Positions 1-8,364 of a DNA stretch of 64,000 bases are shown in pieces (position 1 is the stretch's first letter; every line of letters starts with the position of its first letter). Both the position numbers and the translations under genes were made by a program. The notes under the pieces are model-generated. The model had not been told where the DNA came from. It saw only the letters and a program-made list of their open reading frames with translations, and did not search any database. Source of the DNA: a candidate division WOR-3 bacterium (GTDB lineage: Bacteria > Hydrothermota > Tepidihabitantia > B3-TA06); contig JAGMDF010000082.1 of NCBI GenBank assembly GCA_023128825.1, positions 8,626 to 72,625 of the forward strand. Reading direction: 5' to 3'.

Positions 1-1
1 G

Positions 2-463
2 CATCTTGTAAAAGCGGAGGACGTACCGCAGGTTATCCGCAAGACTCTGGGGACAAACAACGGGCGGATAATCGGGACGCTTGTGGAGGATCTGATCGAA
101 AGCAACCGGGAGCATCTGCGCTCGATAGGGTTCAGCCCCAAGATCAACACGGCGGTGCGTGCGCTTTACGGGTTCAACTACGACCGTGTCTACCTGCACC
201 CTCGTGTGAGGCGCTACAGCGAGAACGCGCACCGGATACTCAAGCTTTTGTTCGAGCGGCTTTACGAGTACCTGGTGGGGGGTGGGGAGACCCAGGAGCC
301 TAAGCCGGACGTTTTCACGCAGCTGGATTACTTCGTTCGCTACACCTCCTGCGAGCAGGGTGCTGACCCGGCACAGGTGGTGATGGACTTTGTTGCCGGC
401 ATGACCGACAACTACGCGGTCCGCTGTTTCGAAGAGCTTTATATTCCCAGAGGAATTAGGTAG
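2..463 (+). CDS. dGTP triphosphohydrolase-like HD-domain protein, C-terminal fragment (5' end outside window)
   Basis: The frame is open from nt 2 to TAG 461-463. The tail VMDFVAGMTDNYAVRCFEELY matches the conserved D(F/Y)(I/V)AGMTD.YA C-terminus of Dgt-like phosphohydrolases. Confidence 0.75.
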   Translation, partial: HLVKAEDVPQVIRKTLGTNNGRIIGTLVEDLIESNREHLRSIGFSPKINTAVRALYGFNYDRVYLHPRVRRYSENAHRILKLLFERLYEYLVGGGETQEPKPDVFTQLDYFVRYTSCEQGADPAQVVMDFVAGMTDNYAVRCFEELYIPRGIR

Positions 464-520
464 AAGGAAAATCCTTTTCCTTAAACCTCCCTGTTGCGAA
501 TCAGGAGAGCCGAATCCCAA

Positions 521-658
521 TCAAGCGCCGAAGATTGCTTCGCGGAACACGAAAAACACCAGGATGGCGAAGAAGATAAGCACCACGCTCACCACCACAG
601 CTATGATGCCTATGCGGAAACTGCGGGCGTGACTGACCCTTGGAACCTTTTTAATCAT
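521..658 (-). CDS. Possible 45-aa single-pass membrane peptide
   Basis: Runs from ATG at 658-656 to TGA at 523-521 and is below the ORF-track cutoff. It translates to MIKKVPRVSHARSFRIGIIAVVVSVVLIFFAILVFFVFREAIFGA, one clean hydrophobic helix. It lies antisense to the low-complexity His-rich ORF 494-739. Confidence 0.3.
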   Translation of the reverse strand: MIKKVPRVSHARSFRIGIIAVVVSVVLIFFAILVFFVFREAIFGA

Positions 659-802
659 CGTATAAGTATAACGACTCTGACCCGGTCGTCAAGGGAACGA
701 TGCTCCTTTTCTCATGCGGAGACACTTGTGAACCGATAGGTTAAGAGATCGCAGCGCGATTCAATCACAGGACAGTTTACTCCGTGGTTCACGTGGGGTG
801 CA

Positions 803-1243
803 TCATCTCTCCACGATGGTGACCGGGAAACTCATTGTACCCAAGGGCGTGTCGAAGTAGACAGTGCCCACTATCTTGTATTTCGCTCCAAGGTTCTTGA
901 TCGTGGAGATGATTGCGGTACCCACCTGGGCGTAGTCAAGGGTTACCACCGGCGATATCTTGACCGACCCCCCAGAAGGGATGCGAGTCTTAAGGTTGGA
1001 AACACCGTTGGCCACATGCTCGTCGTTGACGTAGAGGTCGAAGCGCATCCGGTCAAGCACAACGTCTATCCTGTTCGGGTTGGTGACGTCTATGTTGATA
1101 GCGAGCCGCAGGTAGGTGAGGGCGATCTCCTTGATTGAGGTTCCTGCCAGCCGGAACTCACAGTTTTGAAGCTGGGTGCGCCGGAGTATAAAGCAGCCCC
1201 CAAGTACTGAGGCCAGCAAGGCCGCAAGGAGAAACTTCTTCAT
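803..1243 (-). CDS. LEA_2/WHy-domain lipoprotein
   Basis: Lipobox signal MKKFLLAALLASVLGGC. LEA-14/WHy-like pattern DVTNPNRIDVVLDRMRFDLYVNDEHVANG...IPSGGSVKISPVVTLDY. Paralogue of the adjacent gene. Confidence 0.7.
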   Translation of the reverse strand: MKKFLLAALLASVLGGCFILRRTQLQNCEFRLAGTSIKEIALTYLRLAINIDVTNPNRIDVVLDRMRFDLYVNDEHVANGVSNLKTRIPSGGSVKISPVVTLDYAQVGTAIISTIKNLGAKYKIVGTVYFDTPLGTMSFPVTIVER

Positions 1244-1708
1244 CTATAAGAGCGGCAGGTAAAGGCTGGAGATGGTCGTCCAGGAGTGGTATGCGCCGAG
1301 CGGGGTCTCGTAGTAAACCTTGGCCCTGATGCTGTAGGAAGCGGAATGCGATTTGATCATATTGAATATGGCCAAGCCTGCGCTGAGGTAGTCGAGAGCA
1401 ATATTGGCCTTGAATTTTACCGACTCGCCGGGCGGGATGGGCTTATCCTTAAAGCTTGCCGCCCCACCGCCTATCTCCTGGCCGTTGGCGTAGACACTGA
1501 ATTGCATGCGGTCGACTATTACCCCAACCCCGTTCGGGTTGGTAACGTCCATCTCAAGCTCGAGCTTGGCGTAGGTGAGGGCCTTTTCAACGGTCTCTAC
1601 GTCGGCCAGCCGGAACTCGCAGTCCTTGATACCCTTGGGCCGCATGCCCACGCAGCCTGCAAGAAAGATCGATGTCAAGACTGCAATCACGGATAATGTC
1701 TTTCTCAT
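1244..1708 (-). CDS. LEA_2/WHy-domain lipoprotein (paralogue)
   Basis: Start set at the internal ATG 1708-1706 (MRKTLSVIAVLTSIFLAGC lipobox), which has a GGAGGAG SD just upstream. The 338-aa ORF-track extension is antisense to the nitroreductase gene. Same motif: DVTNPNGVGVIVDRMQFSVYANGQEIG...IPPGESVKFKANIALDY. Confidence 0.7.
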   Translation of the reverse strand: MRKTLSVIAVLTSIFLAGCVGMRPKGIKDCEFRLADVETVEKALTYAKLELEMDVTNPNGVGVIVDRMQFSVYANGQEIGGGAASFKDKPIPPGESVKFKANIALDYLSAGLAIFNMIKSHSASYSIRAKVYYETPLGAYHSWTTISSLYLPLL

Positions 1709-1820
1709 AACTCCTCCATGTGAAAGACTACGTTCTAAAACCTGCTTGTCAAGTAGTTCCTTCAATCGAAGGAAGGGACGGGTGGTGTTGACTTGAGGTT
1801 CGAGGGAGGTATTCTTAGTC

Positions 1821-2396
1821 ATGGATAGATGGAGCGCATTTTTTGAATTGGTTGAAACCAGACGAAGCATCCGCCGCTTCGAGGATAAGGAGGTCGAGGA
1901 AGAAAAGATCCGAAAGATACTTGAGGCTCTCAGGCTTGCTCCCTCGTCATCCAACTCCCAGCCCTGGCACGTGGTAGTGGTGAGAGACAAGGAGGTAATC
2001 TCAGCACTCTCAAAGGCCGCACCTGTGGGTTCGCGATTCGTGATCTCGTGGATGTCCGGGGCTCCGCTGGTGTTCGTGCTCACCGTCCGACGCAAGCTGA
2101 CCCACCGTGTGGCGCGGGCCTTCGGACATGCAAACCTCTGGCTTGACGCGGGGATAGCTGGTGAGCATCTTGTACTGGCAGCACAAGCCCTTGGTTTTGG
2201 AACCTGCTGGATAGGCTGGTTCAGTGAAAGGAAGGTTCGCAAGCTTGTTGGACTTACCAAGGCGCATGAGGTGGTCGCCTTGATACCGTGCGGTTATCCG
2301 GCTGAGGAACCCGAACCCCGGCCAAGGAAGAGCCTGGAAGAGATATTCTCCGTGGAGCGATTCGGCGGCTCAGGGGGCATGGATGAGATATCCTAA
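1821..2396 (+). CDS. Nitroreductase family protein
   Basis: RRSIRRFEDKEV...ILEALRLAPSSSNSQPWHVVVV and the C-terminal CWIGWF...IPCGYP are typical of FMN nitroreductase fold proteins. Confidence 0.85.
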   Translation: MDRWSAFFELVETRRSIRRFEDKEVEEEKIRKILEALRLAPSSSNSQPWHVVVVRDKEVISALSKAAPVGSRFVISWMSGAPLVFVLTVRRKLTHRVARAFGHANLWLDAGIAGEHLVLAAQALGFGTCWIGWFSERKVRKLVGLTKAHEVVALIPCGYPAEEPEPRPRKSLEEIFSVERFGGSGGMDEIS

Positions 2397-2414
2397 GGAA
2401 CTTATCCTGGGGTA

Positions 2415-2442
2415 TTGACAAGTGGCGTTACTTCCTTATTAT
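2415..2442 (+). promoter_or_regulatory. Sigma70-type promoter (TTGACA-16-TATTAT)
   Basis: TTGACA at 2415-2420 and TATTAT at 2437-2442. This implies a leader of about 245 nt before ATG 2694. Confidence 0.55.
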
Positions 2443-2693
2443 TGTGATAGTGAAAACTGCATGTGGGAGTACAGGTGATTTTGAGTATTTACGATCGTGC
2501 TGAGGATTATCTCGGCACGCGGGTCGAGGATCACAGCGATAGGGCTAATGGACAGTTTGAGCCATGCAATGATCTTAACCCTCAAACCGATCAGGCAGGC
2601 GGTTATGCCTTATAGCTTTAAGTGCATCCCCGACAGTTATGGACGTAAACCAAGAAACTTAGTTAAAAAAGCACTCTGTCAAGGAGGGAATTT

Positions 2694-4544
2694 ATGAAGA
2701 AAGCCCTTCTCGTTTTCTTGCTTGTGGCAGTAGCGGCGCCTGCTCAGTTCAGCGACGCCGTAGGAACTACTGCACACCCCCTTTTGAAGATAGGATTCGG
2801 GCCGCGTGCGGCGGCGATGGGTAACGCCTATGTAGGACTTGCACCGGACATCACCGCCCTCTGGTGGAATCCCGCAGGTCTCAACCAGCTCAACACCTAC
2901 GAAGCCCTGATCTCGCATCACGAATGGCTGCGGGGCATAAGAGACGAGTTTGCGGCCCTCATATGGCCGCAATCGGCCAACAACACCTTCGGTTTCGCCA
3001 TGAACTTTACAAGTGCTTCAGGCATCGAACGCTGGGATGCAGATAACAATCCGGGAACCGGGGCAGATTCCCTGGTCATGGCCTACGAGGCTATGCTTGT
3101 GGGCTCATACACTCGTCTCTTGGGTGAAAGATTCGGCGTAGGGGCGAGCTTTAAGGGTCTTTATGAGAATCTCGCCGGTCCTGCAGGCTACGGCGGAGCG
3201 GTTGATCTCTCGCTCCACTGGAAGGCTTCCCCGGTCTTCGCTCTGGGCCTTGCCCTGCAGAATCTTGGTCCCGGGATGTTCTATACAGGCGGCATGTATC
3301 TGTTTCCAATGCAGGCTCAGTTAGGTGCGGCACTTACGTTCGAGAATGTCCTCTACGGGTTGAACTTGTTAACCGACGTCCGGGTGCCCTTTGACAACAA
3401 TGTGAGCGTGCATGCCGGTGCCGAGGTTTGGCCGCTTGAGATCCTGGCCGCGCGCGTAGGGTTCCAGTCAGGTCCTCAGACATTGGGAGAGCTCAACTTC
3501 CTTGCCGGTCTGACCGGAGGCGTAGGACTTGTGTTGAACAACTATCGTGTTGATTACGCGATTGCCCCCTACGCCCACCTTGGATTGACTCATCGACTGG
3601 CTCTTATCGCGGCCTTCGGCGAGAGGCCGCGTTACGGCGGCGTCATAGTTCGCGTGATCGATGCGGAGACGAAGAAATCCCTTGCGGCCCATCTTAAGGT
3701 CGAGGGGGTTACCAGGGCAGAGAATGATCTGGTCGAGAATGAAACCTGGGAGCGCAAAGGACTCGCTCCAGGAAGGGTCTCTGCAACCGCCAGCAAGGAA
3801 GACTACTACCCATCCTCCGGTCAGGCCCAGATCAAAGCCGGCCAGACAGCCCAACTCGTCATCGCCCTCTCAAAGATCCCGCCTGGAGGAATAACAGGTC
3901 GTGTCTTCGACGTGAAGACTAACGATCCCCTTGTGGCCACGATTACCTACGAAGGACCCGAAGGGATCAAGGGCGAGGTCAAAACCGACGAAGAGGGCAA
4001 CTACACCATACCTGGACTCTACAGAGGCGACTATGCACTGTTTGCCGAGCCACAGCATCCCAAGTACTTCCCACAGGATGCCGAGGTTAAGGTAGAGGCG
4101 GCAAAAGGCGCCAGGAAGGACTTTGCGCTGCTGCGTGAGAAAGAGCTAATCGTCTTCTACAACGTGAACTTCGAGACCGGCGAGGCCAGGGTCCTTCCCG
4201 ATTTCTACGACGTGCTAGATGAGATCGGCCAGATATTTGCGGATAACCCCACGATCGTGGTGGAGCTGGGTGGACACACCGATTCACGTCCCATAAAGAC
4301 CCCGGAGTTCGCAGACAACGTGGAGCTCTCCCAGGCGCGTGTAGAAGCGGTCCGTGAGTATCTCATAGACAAGTTCCAAATCGATGAAGAACGACTCTCA
4401 GCCAAAGGATACGGCGACACACAACCTATTGCCTCCAATGAGACCGAAGAAGGTATGGCGAAGAACCGCCGCGTGGAGTTCAAGGTACTAACCGGTATTG
4501 AATACTTCCACGAGATCCGCAACATCAGACCAGAGGAAGACTAG
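2694..4544 (+). CDS. Outer-membrane protein: PorV/PorQ-type beta-barrel fused to two carboxypeptidase-regulatory-like domains and an OmpA_C peptidoglycan-binding domain
   Basis: Signal peptide MKKALLVFLLVAVAAPAQF. PorV/Q signature GPRAAAMGNAYVGLAPDITALWWNPAGL. Mid-region GGITGRVFDVKTNDPL...EEGNYTIPGLYRGDYAL (CRD-like). C-terminus ELGGHTDSRP...LSQARVEAVREYL...NRRVEFKV (OmpA_C). SD AAGGAGGG lies upstream. Confidence 0.8.
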   Translation: MKKALLVFLLVAVAAPAQFSDAVGTTAHPLLKIGFGPRAAAMGNAYVGLAPDITALWWNPAGLNQLNTYEALISHHEWLRGIRDEFAALIWPQSANNTFGFAMNFTSASGIERWDADNNPGTGADSLVMAYEAMLVGSYTRLLGERFGVGASFKGLYENLAGPAGYGGAVDLSLHWKASPVFALGLALQNLGPGMFYTGGMYLFPMQAQLGAALTFENVLYGLNLLTDVRVPFDNNVSVHAGAEVWPLEILAARVGFQSGPQTLGELNFLAGLTGGVGLVLNNYRVDYAIAPYAHLGLTHRLALIAAFGERPRYGGVIVRVIDAETKKSLAAHLKVEGVTRAENDLVENETWERKGLAPGRVSATASKEDYYPSSGQAQIKAGQTAQLVIALSKIPPGGITGRVFDVKTNDPLVATITYEGPEGIKGEVKTDEEGNYTIPGLYRGDYALFAEPQHPKYFPQDAEVKVEAAKGARKDFALLREKELIVFYNVNFETGEARVLPDFYDVLDEIGQIFADNPTIVVELGGHTDSRPIKTPEFADNVELSQARVEAVREYLIDKFQIDEERLSAKGYGDTQPIASNETEEGMAKNRRVEFKVLTGIEYFHEIRNIRPEED

Positions 4545-4576
4545 AAGAAACCCTATAAGCAACACAGAACTTTCGA

Positions 4577-4610
4577 CCCCCGTGAGGAGAACCTCACGGG
4601 GGTTGTTATT
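4577..4610 (+). terminator. Rho-independent terminator
   Basis: Perfect 11-bp stem CCCCCGTGAGG / CCTCACGGGGG with loop AGAA, followed by TTGTTATT. Confidence 0.8.
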
Positions 4611-4678
4611 AGACCCCCCAAGCATCAAAAGCAAGCCCCGGTTAGGGGGCTTTGGCTTTTAAACGATGGATCTTTCAG

Positions 4679-4918
4679 TTAATCAGCGCCCAGATAATCG
4701 TCAATATCGTCAACATGTGCCCATATCTCATAATCAACGTCTGGGATAACGCAGCCGCATAACTGCTCAAGGACAGAGATAAGTGCGGGGGCATCCTCGG
4801 GCCAAGACTTGCCTCCCAACCCGTTAAGGGGCGTTTGTGCACTCACCTGATCTATCCCTACACCTGCCCATGCAGCCACCGCCTGATGAACCTGTTCTTT
4901 AGAACAAGAGCTACGCAT
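4679..4918 (-). CDS. Small acidic protein with acyl-carrier-protein-like sequence pattern
   Basis: 79 aa, 29 nt downstream of the TPR gene on the same strand. The pattern GVGIDQVSAQTPLNGLGGKSW...LISVLEQLCGCVIPDVDYEIWAHVDDIDDYL resembles the ACP helix II/III layout, with GGKSW in place of the canonical GxDSL. Confidence 0.4.
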   Translation of the reverse strand: MRSSCSKEQVHQAVAAWAGVGIDQVSAQTPLNGLGGKSWPEDAPALISVLEQLCGCVIPDVDYEIWAHVDDIDDYLGAD

Positions 4919-4947
4919 AATTTGCTCCTTAACTATATGTTTTTATC

Positions 4948-6114
4948 CTACTCAACATCTGAGCTGGGCACTTGCTTAAGCCACTCGTCCAGCTTGACGA
5001 GCTCATTCTTCAACCCCACAGAGTGATACCCCCGACGAGCTTGCTTAAGAAGCTGCTCCAAACCAGTGACCTTAAACCCTAGTTCCTTCACCATTTCACC
5101 AAGCCTTCCGTGAAGCGACAGAAATCGCTCCACATCATCCGCTTTCTCAGCATAGGACAAAGCCTCGGTAAAGTAACGTATCGCCCTATCCACGGCCCCC
5201 TCGTAGACGGCCATCTCACCACGAACCATCTGAATATTACTCATCAGCGAAGCCGAGTCAACCCCTTTTGCCAGTCCTATAGCCTCCCTCAGGAAAGGAC
5301 CAACCTTATCGAGTTGCTCCAACCCTATGTGAACACGGGCAAGATTGCACAAAATAATGGCCAGGTTCTTGCGATCCCCTAACCCCTTAAAAAGTCCATA
5401 TGCCCCTTTCAGAGGTTCCAACGCCTCGGTAAACTCGTCTTGCTTAAGGTGCAGGGCACCACGCCGGAAGTGGGTGATTGCATCGAGTCTCTTATCGTCA
5501 AGTTGTCGAGCGAGTTCCTCAAGTTTCTCGAAACTCTGTATGGCGAGCTTCGGTTCATCCTTTTCCATATAGGAGGAAGCGATGCAGCCATAGCACCCGG
5601 CAAGCCCGCGCAGATCGCCAACATTCTCCAATCGCTTCTTCGCGTCTTCAAGAATCACAATGGCTTGACCGTGATCCCCGTAACGTTGACTGAGGACTGC
5701 CCTGTTTACGAGGATACGTCCCTGAAGACGCACATCCCCGGTGATGTTTGCAAGTGTCAAAGCCTCGCTCCACGCCTTATCAGCCAGGGCGTATCGGTTC
5801 ATGCGCGCGTACACATTCCCTAAGGCCAAAATACTCTTGCAGAGGACCTCAGAATCGCCACAGGTAAGGGCATACCTGCGTGCAATTGTAACGTAATCGA
5901 AGGCCTCGTTCAGTTGACCACGGTTAAGAAGCGCCTCTCCGGCTATCCGATTCAACTCTGCGCTCTCTACAGCCGTAGGGGTATGTTTAAGCCCCTGGAC
6001 AGCACAACGCAATGCATCCTCCGATTTGTCCTTCTTGATACACTCACGAGCCTCGGCAAGGAGCTTCGCGCTTTTACTCCTTCCCTCAGCTAATTCACTT
6101 GTGTTGTTGTTCAA
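4948..6114 (-). CDS. Tetratricopeptide (TPR) repeat protein
   Basis: 388 aa with a TTG start. Repeated A..Y/F..A..L/G 34-residue units run throughout (for example LGNVYARMNRYALADKAWSEAL and CNLARVHIGLEQLDKVGPFLREAI). Confidence 0.85.
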   Translation of the reverse strand: MNNNTSELAEGRSKSAKLLAEARECIKKDKSEDALRCAVQGLKHTPTAVESAELNRIAGEALLNRGQLNEAFDYVTIARRYALTCGDSEVLCKSILALGNVYARMNRYALADKAWSEALTLANITGDVRLQGRILVNRAVLSQRYGDHGQAIVILEDAKKRLENVGDLRGLAGCYGCIASSYMEKDEPKLAIQSFEKLEELARQLDDKRLDAITHFRRGALHLKQDEFTEALEPLKGAYGLFKGLGDRKNLAIILCNLARVHIGLEQLDKVGPFLREAIGLAKGVDSASLMSNIQMVRGEMAVYEGAVDRAIRYFTEALSYAEKADDVERFLSLHGRLGEMVKELGFKVTGLEQLLKQARRGYHSVGLKNELVKLDEWLKQVPSSDVE

Positions 6115-6291
6115 CCTATCCTCTTCTCCATACCTGATTTGAGATTCATCCCATTATTTATATACTCAAAGTCTACTGAAAACGAGCCCCTTGTCAAGCC
6201 TCGCCCGCTAATTGGAGAAAATAGATACTGATTTTTTTTTAAATATTTATATCATTATGCTCAAATCCGTACCCTTGCTACACTCTTCCTC

Positions 6292-6319
6292 TTGACAGAC
6301 CCGCTTTCTGGCCTATACT
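6292..6319 (+). promoter_or_regulatory. Promoter of tRNA-Gly (TTGACA-16-TATACT)
   Basis: TTGACA at 6292-6297 and TATACT at 6314-6319. The tRNA starts at 6333. Confidence 0.65.
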
Positions 6320-6332
6320 TTTCTTACTAGAT

Positions 6333-6405
6333 GCGGATGTAGCTCAGTTGGTAGAGCACAGGCTTCCCAAGCCTGTGGTCGCGGGTTCGAGTCCCGTCGT
6401 CCGCT
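6333..6405 (+). tRNA. tRNA-Gly (anticodon CCC)
   Basis: Cloverleaf read by eye: acceptor GCGGATG/CGTCCGC, D arm GCTC-AGTTGGTA-GAGC, anticodon arm CAGGC-TTCCCAA-GCCTG, T arm GCGGG-TTCGAGT-CCCGT. CCA is not encoded. Confidence 0.9.
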
Positions 6406-6430
6406 TAAGGCGTATTATACTGGAGGCTGA

Positions 6431-7198
6431 ATGGTTCAGTTCGTGTTAGCAGTTCTCTTGATGACAGGTGTGGAGTTGGAGGTGGATTGGAGTGAACTCT
6501 CGGTTCACTTCTATGGACCGGTTGATCTCGCTGGCGACACGCTATATAAGGGGGAGCTCAAGGCGAGTCTCGATTCACTGCTTGCAACCATACCACTCTA
6601 CGCGGAGTTGAGTCTAGGGGATGCAGTGGCTCGTTCACAAGACGCTCAGAATTACTTCCAAACCGTGCTCTCATATCCACAAGTCGTTTCTACTCGCTAC
6701 TCTACCGCGGGAGAGGTTCAGAACGAGTATGTAATAAGTCTGGTTGGACCCTTTCTCGATGAACTCATCCCACGCCTCACGCAACCTGCTTCTTTGCATG
6801 AGCAAGAATCGGATGCCTCAGCCGACGCCGGAGAGAACAACCTGAGCTTCATCCCCAGCACCGGCTTCATTATAGATACGCGAGGAACAGGTTTTCAGCC
6901 GGGTATCTTTCCGCGATTCCTTGATCCACAAGGTAACGTAATCCTTGATGCGGGTAACGTGGATAGGAACGTTTTGTTGGAACGTGGTTATGTGCATTAC
7001 GCATACTCGCCGCGGGCCGCGCTCCAGACACGGGAGCTTGGACTCAACCCCTTGAGGTTGATAGCCGAACGTGCCGCAGGGCGTGATCGCTGCGACATCG
7101 TTCTTTCCGATGCAGATGCAGAACGTATTCTGAGTTCACCGCTTAACCTGCGTTTGCTCTCCGAGTGCCGGGTAACCATCATCATCGACCGGCAATAG
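6431..7198 (+). CDS. Hypothetical protein (short N-terminal hydrophobic segment)
   Basis: 255 aa with SD GGAGG 4 nt before the ATG. Coding-like composition. No motif recognised. Confidence 0.6.
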   Translation: MVQFVLAVLLMTGVELEVDWSELSVHFYGPVDLAGDTLYKGELKASLDSLLATIPLYAELSLGDAVARSQDAQNYFQTVLSYPQVVSTRYSTAGEVQNEYVISLVGPFLDELIPRLTQPASLHEQESDASADAGENNLSFIPSTGFIIDTRGTGFQPGIFPRFLDPQGNVILDAGNVDRNVLLERGYVHYAYSPRAALQTRELGLNPLRLIAERAAGRDRCDIVLSDADAERILSSPLNLRLLSECRVTIIIDRQ

Positions 7199-7320
7199 AA
7201 CGCCGAGCGCTGGAGGGAAAAGGGTATGGGAAAGGCAGGATGGGGATTTGGTGAGATCTAGTTAAGCATTTTCCAGTTTTTCCTATTTGTATCTATGTAA
7301 GAACAACAAGGAGGAACAAA

Positions 7321-7953
7321 ATGAAAAAAGCTCTAACAATCATAGCCTTAATGGCACTAGGGGTGTCAACAGCATTCGGAGGCTCCATCCTATACGAGAC
7401 CCATATTGAGGATAGCCTCGATTTCGCTGGGGAGGGAATCGTAACGGTACTGGAACTAGAATTCACAACAGACCAGCCCAGCATCGTTTCTATTACATAC
7501 GGCGTGTCCAATGGGCATGGGTCAACTTATGGGCTTTCCTATTGGCTAACATGCAATGGAGATTCATTAGGAATGTCGACTTCGTGGAACCGGGGCACAA
7601 GCACTTACATGACCGAACTAGAATCGGGCACTTATACTTTAGGACTAGTGGGTAAGTTTTCCTCTGCAGGAGCTTACGTAGCCAACCCAAGGCTACAAGT
7701 GCTCGTATTTTACAACGACGCTCCCAGTGTCTCAGAAACTCCGCCTAACATCACTCTAACTGAAACCCATTCTATAATATCCTGCGGCCCTTCTGTAACT
7801 GTTCCAGGATGCAGTGAGGTTGTAGACATCTCAGGAAGAAAGGTTGATTGCGAAATCAACGGAGACCGAATCATGGTAAACAGTCTTTCAAGCGGGACCT
7901 ACATTGCAAGAGGTAGTGAAGGAAGAACCACCAAGATAGTGAAGCTGCAGTAG
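7321..7953 (+). CDS. Secreted protein with T9SS-type C-terminal sorting domain
   Basis: Signal peptide MKKALTIIALMALGVSTAFG. C-terminal VVDISGRKVDCEINGDRIMVNSLSSGTYIARGSEGRTTKIVKLQ fits the Por_Secre_tail pattern. SD AAGGAGGAA. Confidence 0.75.
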   Translation: MKKALTIIALMALGVSTAFGGSILYETHIEDSLDFAGEGIVTVLELEFTTDQPSIVSITYGVSNGHGSTYGLSYWLTCNGDSLGMSTSWNRGTSTYMTELESGTYTLGLVGKFSSAGAYVANPRLQVLVFYNDAPSVSETPPNITLTETHSIISCGPSVTVPGCSEVVDISGRKVDCEINGDRIMVNSLSSGTYIARGSEGRTTKIVKLQ

Positions 7954-8083
7954 TAAGGCTTTCTAGCTTTCAAGAATTTACCCCGTGTAATCAACGTAAA
8001 GTGGCCTGGATTGGGTTTGATAGCCCAGTCGGCTACTCTTTTTTACCTAAGTATTGAGTTGTAATTATTCGTAGGAGGATCAG

Positions 8084-8284
8084 ATGGGTGTTACTCCAGA
8101 TAGACCCAAAAAGTTTGTTCACATAGTAAGAATAGGGCAGGAGGTATGGAATCTGACAGGACAGGTAAGAAATGTTTACCGTGTATATAGAAGTTCAGGG
8201 AGGTGGGTACAGACTCAGATTGACCCTGATCCTGAGTTGCCCTATAAGTATAAGGGGCTTGTGGTACGTAAAGACATGGCTTAA
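8084..8284 (+). CDS. Small basic hypothetical protein (66 aa)
   Basis: Strong SD GTAGGAGGATCAG-ATG, and a hairpin terminator follows at 8322-8355. No recognisable family. Confidence 0.35.
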   Translation: MGVTPDRPKKFVHIVRIGQEVWNLTGQVRNVYRVYRSSGRWVQTQIDPDPELPYKYKGLVVRKDMA

Positions 8285-8321
8285 TCCGAGGTTGCGCTCC
8301 TGAACCAACCACAGATAGATC

Positions 8322-8355
8322 TAGCGAGTTCTCTTCCCTCGCTAAGAGCATTTTT
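8322..8355 (+). terminator. Putative rho-independent terminator
   Basis: Stem TAGCGAG (8322-8328) / CTCGCTA (8338-8344), then AGAGCATTTTT. Confidence 0.45.
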
Positions 8356-8364
8356 GGTTAAAGG

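Noticed and set aside
494-739. 81-aa His-rich plus-strand ORF
   Set aside because: Low-complexity (HHAHHH) mirror image of the hydrophobic minus-strand frame, with no SD and no known motif.
1244-2260. 338-aa minus-strand ORF in the track
   Set aside because: Only the C-terminal 154 aa (from ATG 1708, with lipobox and SD) look like a real protein. The upstream part is antisense to the well-supported nitroreductase gene and is compositionally odd (Ser/Thr/Arg-rich).
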